Source: Cylindrospermopsis raciborskii Cr2010 (GTDB lineage: Bacteria; Cyanobacteriota; Cyanobacteriia; Cyanobacteriales; Nostocaceae). Taken from it: DNA of 32,000 nucleotides. Positions 26,026 to 32,000 of the stretch are shown in pieces. Each line of letters starts with the position of its first letter. The first letter of the stretch is position 1. The notes under the pieces are model-generated. The model was not told the DNA's origin and made no database searches. It saw nothing but the letters and a program-made list of their open reading frames with translations. A program made the position numbers and the translations under genes. The stretch spans positions 1,020,001 through 1,052,000 of the forward strand of contig NZ_CP065936.1 of assembly GCF_003367075.2 (NCBI RefSeq), written 5' to 3'.

Positions 26026-27597
26026 ATGACAGAAACAGGTAGCGAAAAGCTCAATAAGTTCGAGAAATTAAAAGCTGAAAAGGACGGACTACTAGTCAAA
26101 CAAGAAATCAGCGAATTTGCTCGTCAGGGTTGGGAAGCCATGGAAGAAAACGACCTCAACCACCGCCTAAAATGGTTGGGTGTGTTTTTTCGTCCAGTGA
26201 CTCCCGGTAAGTTTATGATGCGAATGCGGATACCTAATGGTATTCTCACTAGCACTCAAATGTGTGTTTTAGCTAAAGTGATACGGCGTTACGATAGGGA
26301 AGGTAGCGCGGACATCACTACTAGACAAAATATACAACTTCGTGGCATAGATTTTTCAGATATTCCTGATATCTTTAACAAATTTCACAAAGTTGGGCTG
26401 ACCAGTATTCAGTCTGGTATGGATAATGTACGTAATATTACTGGTGATCCCCTGGCGGGTTTAGATGCCAACGAGTTGTATGACACCAGAGAATTGGTAC
26501 AGCAAATACAGGACCTGCTAACTAATGGGGGGGAAGGTAATCCAGAGTTTACCAATCTTCCTCGTAAGTTTAATATTGCAGTGACTGGAGGAAAAGATAA
26601 TTCCATTCATGCAGAAATCAACGATTTGGCATTTGTACCAGCATTTAAAGAAGGATTTGGTTTTAACGTTTTAGTTGGTGGATTTTTCTCGGGTAAACGC
26701 TGTGAAGCTGCTATTCCCTTAAATGTTTGGGTAAAACCAGAAGAAGTAGTTAGCCTATCTAAAGCCATAGTAGAGATATTTCGAGATCACGGGTTACGTT
26801 TGAACCGGCAAAAAGCTCGATTAATGTGGTTAATTGATGAATGGGGGTTAGAAAAATTCCGGGACGAAGTGGAAAAACAATGGGGAAAAAGCTTGCAAAC
26901 CGCAGCGCTCAAAGATGAAATAGATTGGGAAAAACGAGATCACATTGGCGTTTACCCCCAAAAACAACTGGGGTTAAATTATGTGGGATTAAACATTCCC
27001 GTGGGGAGACTAAGTGCGGATGACATGTTTGAACTGGCCAGACTAGCAGAAGTTTATGGTAGTGGAGAAATAAGGTTTACGGTTGAGCAGAATGCCATCA
27101 TTCCCAATATTCACGATTCCGCATTAAACACACTTCTGACCGAACCCATATTGAAAAAATTCAGTGTCAGTCCTGGTTTATTAATGCGATCGGTTGTCTC
27201 CTGCACAGGGGCCCAGTTTTGTAATTTTGCCCTCATAGAAACTAAGAAACGAGCCATAGCCATGACAGAGGCTTTGGAAGAGGAATTAATCCTATCAAAG
27301 CCCGTACGTATTCACTGGACTGGGTGTCCAAACTCCTGTGGACAACCTCAAGTGGCGGATATTGGACTAATGGGAACCAAAGTGCGAAAAAATGGGCAAA
27401 CATTGGAAGGTGTTGACATCTACATGGGTGGAAAAGTTGGTAAGGATGCTAGGTTAGGAACCTGTATTCAGAAAAGTGTTGCTTGTGAAGACCTGCAACC
27501 GATATTAAAAGATATCCTGCTAAAACAGTTTGGGGCAAAAGTGCGCGAACAAACATCAGCTCAAATCAGACCACAGTCACAAGTAGCAAAGAATTAA
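26026..27597 (+). CDS. nirA: ferredoxin-nitrite reductase NirA
   Basis: KLNKFEKLKAEKDGL N-terminus, and the siroheme/4Fe-4S Cys motifs SCTGAQFCNF and TGCPNSCGQ. I prefer the ATG at 26026 to the GTG at 25960. Confidence 0.95.
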   Translation: MTETGSEKLNKFEKLKAEKDGLLVKQEISEFARQGWEAMEENDLNHRLKWLGVFFRPVTPGKFMMRMRIPNGILTSTQMCVLAKVIRRYDREGSADITTRQNIQLRGIDFSDIPDIFNKFHKVGLTSIQSGMDNVRNITGDPLAGLDANELYDTRELVQQIQDLLTNGGEGNPEFTNLPRKFNIAVTGGKDNSIHAEINDLAFVPAFKEGFGFNVLVGGFFSGKRCEAAIPLNVWVKPEEVVSLSKAIVEIFRDHGLRLNRQKARLMWLIDEWGLEKFRDEVEKQWGKSLQTAALKDEIDWEKRDHIGVYPQKQLGLNYVGLNIPVGRLSADDMFELARLAEVYGSGEIRFTVEQNAIIPNIHDSALNTLLTEPILKKFSVSPGLLMRSVVSCTGAQFCNFALIETKKRAIAMTEALEEELILSKPVRIHWTGCPNSCGQPQVADIGLMGTKVRKNGQTLEGVDIYMGGKVGKDARLGTCIQKSVACEDLQPILKDILLKQFGAKVREQTSAQIRPQSQVAKN

Positions 27598-27608
27598 AGA
27601 GAGTTAAA

Positions 27609-28901
27609 ATGAGCAATATTTCCCGCAGAAAATTTCTGATCACATCTAGTGTAACAGCAGCGACAGCAATAGTAGCACATGGTTGTTCATCTGACAACTC
27701 CGGGTCAGGAACAAACTCGTCAACCCAAATTAGTAATACAGCTAAAGTAGAAACCACTAAGGCCAAATTGGGATTTATCGCTCTAACGGATTCAGCTCCC
27801 CTAATTATTGGTAAGGAAAAGGGTTTTTTTGCCAAATATGGCATGACAGATGTGGAGGTTAGCAAGCAAAAATCTTGGCCAGTGACTCGTGACAACCTGA
27901 AAATTGGTTCATCAGGGGGTGGCATTGACGGTGCACACATTCTCAGTCCCATGCCATACTTGATAACCATTAATGATAAAATACCAATGTACATATTGGC
28001 GAGGCTAAATACTAATGGTCAGGCCATTTCTGTGGCTGAAAAATTCAAACAGATAAAACTTGGCTTAGACAACAAAGTCCTTAAGGAAGCAGCAAATCAA
28101 GCAAAATCTGCACAAAAACCCATCAAACTTGCCATTACCTTCCCTGGGGGTACCCACGATTTATGGATGCGATATTGGTTAGCTGCTGGTGGGATTAATC
28201 CTGACCAAGATGTCATATTAGAACCAGTTCCACCACCACAAATGGTAGCTAATATGAAAGTGGGTACGGTGGATGCTTTTTGTGTGGGTGAACCGTGGAA
28301 TGCGCAATTGGTCAGTCAAAAATTGGGTTACTCAGCTTTAGTAACCGGAGAATTGTGGAAGGATCATCCAGAAAAAGCCTTCACCATGAGGAAAGATTGG
28401 GTTGATCAAAATCCCAATGCAGCACAAGCATTATTAATGGGCGTTTTGGAAGCACAACAATGGTGTGAAAAAGATGAAAATAAAGCAGAAATGTGTGAAA
28501 TATGTGCTGATAGAAAATACTTTAATGTTGCAGTTGGTGATATTTTAGAACGGTCTAAGGGAAATATTGACTATGGAGACGGTCGCAAGGTAGAAAATTT
28601 TCCCTATCGAATGAAATTCTGGGCTGATAATGCTTCCTACCCCTATAAGAGCCATGATATTTGGTTTTTGACCGAGGATATTCGTTGGGGTTATTTACCC
28701 CGGGATACGGATGTTAAAACCATTGTTGATCAGGTAAATCGAGAAGATTTGTGGAAAAAAGCGGCCACAGCTTTAGGAGTTCCTGCAGCGGAAATTCCTA
28801 CTAGTTCATCGCGAGGGGTAGAAACATTTTTTGATGGGGTGAAGTTTGACCCAGAAAAACCAGAAGAATATTTAAACAGTTTACCCATTAAAAAGGTCTA
28901 G
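27609..28901 (+). CDS. nrtA: nitrate/nitrite ABC transporter substrate-binding lipoprotein NrtA
   Basis: Signal with lipobox AHGCSS, KLGFIALTDSAPLIIGKEKGFFAKYG, and position right after nirA. Confidence 0.92.
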   Translation: MSNISRRKFLITSSVTAATAIVAHGCSSDNSGSGTNSSTQISNTAKVETTKAKLGFIALTDSAPLIIGKEKGFFAKYGMTDVEVSKQKSWPVTRDNLKIGSSGGGIDGAHILSPMPYLITINDKIPMYILARLNTNGQAISVAEKFKQIKLGLDNKVLKEAANQAKSAQKPIKLAITFPGGTHDLWMRYWLAAGGINPDQDVILEPVPPPQMVANMKVGTVDAFCVGEPWNAQLVSQKLGYSALVTGELWKDHPEKAFTMRKDWVDQNPNAAQALLMGVLEAQQWCEKDENKAEMCEICADRKYFNVAVGDILERSKGNIDYGDGRKVENFPYRMKFWADNASYPYKSHDIWFLTEDIRWGYLPRDTDVKTIVDQVNREDLWKKAATALGVPAAEIPTSSSRGVETFFDGVKFDPEKPEEYLNSLPIKKV

Positions 28902-28988
28902 TCCGCGAGCAATTCTGATATGGGGTGGGGGAGTTATGGGAGACACAAAATCACAAGACCAATTTCCACAATAAGGAGCAAGAAGAAG

Positions 28989-29840
28989 ATGGCCGTGGGG
29001 GTAACAAATCAGAAAATTAGCACTAAACGACAAAAAGCAATTAAAACAATTAACAAATTTTTAGTGCATAAGGTATTACCACCACTATGTGGACTAGTTA
29101 TATTTTTGATGTTGTGGCAATTACTCTGTTCCATTCCCGGATTTCAATTACCAGGTCCTTTAGAAACTTTTGTTGAAACCTGGGATCCCTTTATCATTAA
29201 GCCATTTTTTGACAATGGTGATAGCGATAAGGGCTTGGGTTGGCAGATTTTGACCAGTCTAGGGAGAGTGGGCTTGGGGTTTTCTCTAGCTACCATTGTG
29301 GGTGTTTTTCTGGGCATATTAATTGGTGCCAATAGGTTTTTATATAATGCGGTAGACCCTATTTTCCAGGTACTAAGAACTATCCCACCCCTAGCTTGGT
29401 TACCTATTTCCTTAGCAGCTTTTCAACAAGCCAATCCTTCGGCGATCTTTGTGATTTTTATCACTTCAATTTGGCCAATTTTAATCAATACAACCGTGGG
29501 AGTACAAAATATTCCCCAAGACTATGTCAATGTGGCTCGTGTTTTACGGTTACGTCAGGCCAAATATTTTTTAAAAATAGTTTTCCCAGCCACGGTTCCC
29601 TATATTTTTACCGGACTGAGAATTGGTATTGGGTTATCTTGGTTGGCTATTGTAGCTGCAGAAATGTTGGTAGGTGGTGTGGGTATAGGTTCATTTATTT
29701 GGGATGCCTATAATACTACCACGGATACCAATTTGAGCGAAATTATTATTGCCCTAATCTATGTGGGAATAGTGGGACTGATGTTAGATAGAACAGTGGC
29801 TTTTATAGCTGAGAAGATTGTACAAAAAGAACAAAAATAA
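28989..29840 (+). CDS. nrtB: nitrate/nitrite ABC transporter permease NrtB
   Basis: Polytopic, with EAA-type loop [26 protein letters not shown] prefer the ATG at 28989 (MAVGVTNQ...) to the track start at 28920. Confidence 0.9.
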   Translation: MAVGVTNQKISTKRQKAIKTINKFLVHKVLPPLCGLVIFLMLWQLLCSIPGFQLPGPLETFVETWDPFIIKPFFDNGDSDKGLGWQILTSLGRVGLGFSLATIVGVFLGILIGANRFLYNAVDPIFQVLRTIPPLAWLPISLAAFQQANPSAIFVIFITSIWPILINTTVGVQNIPQDYVNVARVLRLRQAKYFLKIVFPATVPYIFTGLRIGIGLSWLAIVAAEMLVGGVGIGSFIWDAYNTTTDTNLSEIIIALIYVGIVGLMLDRTVAFIAEKIVQKEQK

Positions 29841-29865
29841 CTTTTACCATAATCACCAGGAGACC

Positions 29866-31839
29866 ATGAATACCTTTGTAGAAATTGACCATGTAGATAA
29901 AATATTTAACCTCCCTTATGGTGGTAAATATATTGCTTTGAAAAATATTGAGTTAAAGGTTAGTCAAGGAGAATTTATTTCTCTCATCGGTCATTCTGGC
30001 TGTGGTAAATCCACTCTATTGAATATTATTGCTGGTCTAGATCAAGCCACTATTGGTGGAGTGACCTTAGAAGGTCGAGAAGTGAGAGAACCTGGTCCAG
30101 ATAGAATGGTAATTTTTCAAAATTACTCCTTACTTCCCTGGTTAACAGTTGAGGGAAATATTGCTTTAGCAGTAGATGAGGTCCATCAGGATCTATCTCT
30201 AGGAGAACGCCAGAAAATCATTGCAGAACATATTGACTTAGTAGGGTTACGTCGTGCTGCTAAAAAACTTCCCGGTCAATTATCTGGGGGGATGAAACAA
30301 CGAGTGGCCATTGCTCGTGCTTTAGCTACCAGACCAAAATTGTTATTGTTGGATGAACCTTTTGGTGCTTTGGATGCTCTAACCAGGGGTAATTTGCAAG
30401 AGCAATTAATGAAAATTTGTAATGAATATAAAATTACCTGTGTGATGGTAACACATGACGTAGATGAAGCACTATTATTAAGTGACCGAATTGTGATGTT
30501 AACCAATGGACCAGAAGCACACATTGGACAAATTTTAGAAGTACCCATTCCCCGTCCCCGACAAAGATTAGAGGTAGTTGAACATCCCAGTTATTACAAT
30601 CTGCGGAATCAAATGATCTACTTCCTCAACCAACAGAAACTGGCAAAACAGCGTCAAAAACAAACCATATCACCAGTTCTGATTTCCACCAATCAACCAG
30701 AAAAAGTTCACTTACAAATCGGTTATCTTCCTATCACCCAAGCTGCACCTTTAATCATTGCCCAAGAAAAAGGTTTTTTTGCAGAATGTGGTTTACAAGT
30801 GAACCTAATACCTGAAAAAAATTGGCAAGATATTGCCCAAAGTGTAGCTAGTGGTAAGCTGGATGCTGCTCAAATGGTTGCTGGTATGCCATTAGCCATG
30901 ACTCTAGGTGCTATGGGAAAAACACCGACTCCCATGGTAACAGCAATGACTCTATCTCGCAACGGTAGTGCTATTACTTTAAGCCAAGAACTACGGGCAA
31001 ATGGTGTAAGGAATGCTGCAGATCTAGAAAAAACAGTCAACACTGATCTTGACAAAACTTACACTTTGGGAGTTGTTCATCCAGCATCAATGCAAAATTT
31101 GTTATTGCGTTATTGGTTAGCAGCAAGTGGTATTGAACCAGATAAGGATGTCAAATTAATAGTAATTCCACCGGATGAAATGGTTGATTTTATCCAGGAA
31201 AGAAAAGTAGATGGTTATTGTGTTAGTGAACCCTGGAATACCTGTGCTGTTGAGCAAAATCTGGGGTTTATTATGTTGCCCACTTCAGATATTTGGCAGG
31301 GACATGTAGATAAAATACTAGGAGTCACAGAAGATTGGTCTCAACAATATCCTCAAACACATTTAGCCTTAGTTAAATCGCTCCTAGCAGCTTGTGAATA
31401 TTGTGATGATATTCGTAATGAGTCAGAAATTGTCAGTCTAATTTCTCAACCTCAATATATAGGTGATCATCATGTAAATTTACGCTCTGAATTATTAGAA
31501 AGTTATCAAAGTAACTATCATCGACATTCCCAAACTTCCCATCAGTTTTATCTGCACCAAGCCAACTATCCCAACCGTCATGAAATGCTCTGGATCCTTA
31601 CCCAATTAGCTCGGTGGGGTTTTATTGCTTTCCCTAAAAACTGGGTAGAAATAATTGACCGAGTTTGTCGTCCAGATATTTTTGGTGTAGCTGCAAGAGA
31701 AGTGGGCATTTTGGATATTGGTAGGGAAGAATCCATTCAGTTATTTGATGGTAAAACATTTAATCCCTCTCAACCCCTAGAATATCTCACAGGTTTAGCC
31801 ATTAAATCTCGGGTGCGAGTTGAAGAAGCTCTGGTTTAA
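29866..31839 (+). CDS. nrtC: nitrate/nitrite ABC transporter ATPase NrtC with a C-terminal NrtA-like regulatory domain
   Basis: Walker [10 protein letters not shown], signature LSGGMKQR, Walker [13 protein letters not shown]. The C-terminal ~380 aa are paralogous to NrtA ([27 protein letters not shown]). ATG at 29866 is preceded by AGGAG. Confidence 0.93.
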   Translation: MNTFVEIDHVDKIFNLPYGGKYIALKNIELKVSQGEFISLIGHSGCGKSTLLNIIAGLDQATIGGVTLEGREVREPGPDRMVIFQNYSLLPWLTVEGNIALAVDEVHQDLSLGERQKIIAEHIDLVGLRRAAKKLPGQLSGGMKQRVAIARALATRPKLLLLDEPFGALDALTRGNLQEQLMKICNEYKITCVMVTHDVDEALLLSDRIVMLTNGPEAHIGQILEVPIPRPRQRLEVVEHPSYYNLRNQMIYFLNQQKLAKQRQKQTISPVLISTNQPEKVHLQIGYLPITQAAPLIIAQEKGFFAECGLQVNLIPEKNWQDIAQSVASGKLDAAQMVAGMPLAMTLGAMGKTPTPMVTAMTLSRNGSAITLSQELRANGVRNAADLEKTVNTDLDKTYTLGVVHPASMQNLLLRYWLAASGIEPDKDVKLIVIPPDEMVDFIQERKVDGYCVSEPWNTCAVEQNLGFIMLPTSDIWQGHVDKILGVTEDWSQQYPQTHLALVKSLLAACEYCDDIRNESEIVSLISQPQYIGDHHVNLRSELLESYQSNYHRHSQTSHQFYLHQANYPNRHEMLWILTQLARWGFIAFPKNWVEIIDRVCRPDIFGVAAREVGILDIGREESIQLFDGKTFNPSQPLEYLTGLAIKSRVRVEEALV

Positions 31840-31860
31840 ATAGGGAGGCACAATTATTTA

Positions 31861-31945
31861 TAGGTACCCGTGCGGGCGTTGGGTTTCATACTTCAACCCA
31901 ACCTACGTTCATCTTATATTTAACTCCACCCACCCACTTAAGACT
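31861..31945. repeat. dispersed ~90-bp repeat, copy 2, in the nrtC-nrtD spacer
   Basis: Near-identical to the reverse complement of 7441-7535. Contains the hairpin GTTGGGTT-tcatacttc-AACCCAAC. Confidence 0.85.
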
Positions 31946-31970
31946 GAATTAACTAAATTAAAATTAAAGG

Positions 31971-32000
31971 ATGAAAGTCATGACCACATTGAATCTCCCC
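31971..32000 (+). CDS. nrtD: probable 5' end of nrtD (nitrate ABC transporter ATPase), truncated by the window edge
   Basis: ATG at 31971 (MKVMTTLNLP...; alternative ATG at 31980), open to the end of the window. The call rests only on the expected nirA-nrtABCD gene order. Confidence 0.35.
   Translation, partial: MKVMTTLNLP

Noticed and set aside
7441-31945. The two inverted repeat copies could delimit a 24.5-kb composite transposon or genomic island.
   Set aside because: The enclosed segment carries core housekeeping genes (ndhD, metH, proA, nirA, nrtABC). It splits both the dnd locus and the nrt operon, and there are no transposase genes at the ends. The copies are better explained as independent members of a small dispersed repeat family.
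1-32000. Searched for CRISPR arrays, tRNA/rRNA genes, integrases, toxin-antitoxin pairs and reverse transcriptases.
   Set aside because: I found no regularly spaced direct repeats, no cloverleaf-like or rRNA-like sequence in any intergenic region, and no such protein motifs in the ORF set.

Overview
This window looks like a chromosomal segment of a filamentous, Nostocales-like cyanobacterium. It is AT-rich, carries at least six copies of the cyanobacterial HIP1 octamer GCGATCGC, and holds hallmark genes (ndhD, and nirA-nrtABC(D) behind a canonical NtcA-type promoter). Gene order is as follows. A 5'-truncated sensor histidine kinase (+). A minus-strand NitT/TauT-type ABC importer operon (binding protein, ATPase, permease, GGCT-like protein). 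A DNA phosphorothioation (dnd) locus at about 4.6-13.6 kb. Then ampG, two small membrane proteins, a GNAT and a HEAT-repeat protein (+). Then ndhD and metH (-), an amidase_2 protein (+), proA (-), a decayed IS200/IS605-type tnpB relic and a small Tat-Rieske protein (-). Finally nirA-nrtA-nrtB-nrtC and the first codons of nrtD (+). The dnd locus is the most interesting part. dndC-dndD-dndE are recognisable, but the window has no dndA, no dndFGH and no canonical-length dndB. Four accessory genes sit upstream instead. One is a divergent 517-aa DGQHR-domain protein. The other three form a convergent, tightly packed cassette: a 62-aa protein, a 689-aa second DndD-like SMC/ABC ATPase, and a 157-aa protein with no visible catalytic motif. 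Four accessory genes beside a dndB-less dndCDE recalls the dndCDEA-pbeABCD layout, but homology cannot be tested here. I treat the cassette as a candidate phosphorothioate-dependent defence or sensing module that is poorly characterised in cyanobacteria. Two inverted copies of a ~90-bp hairpin-containing dispersed repeat are also present, one inside the nrt operon. All product calls rest on motif recognition by eye; no searches were run.
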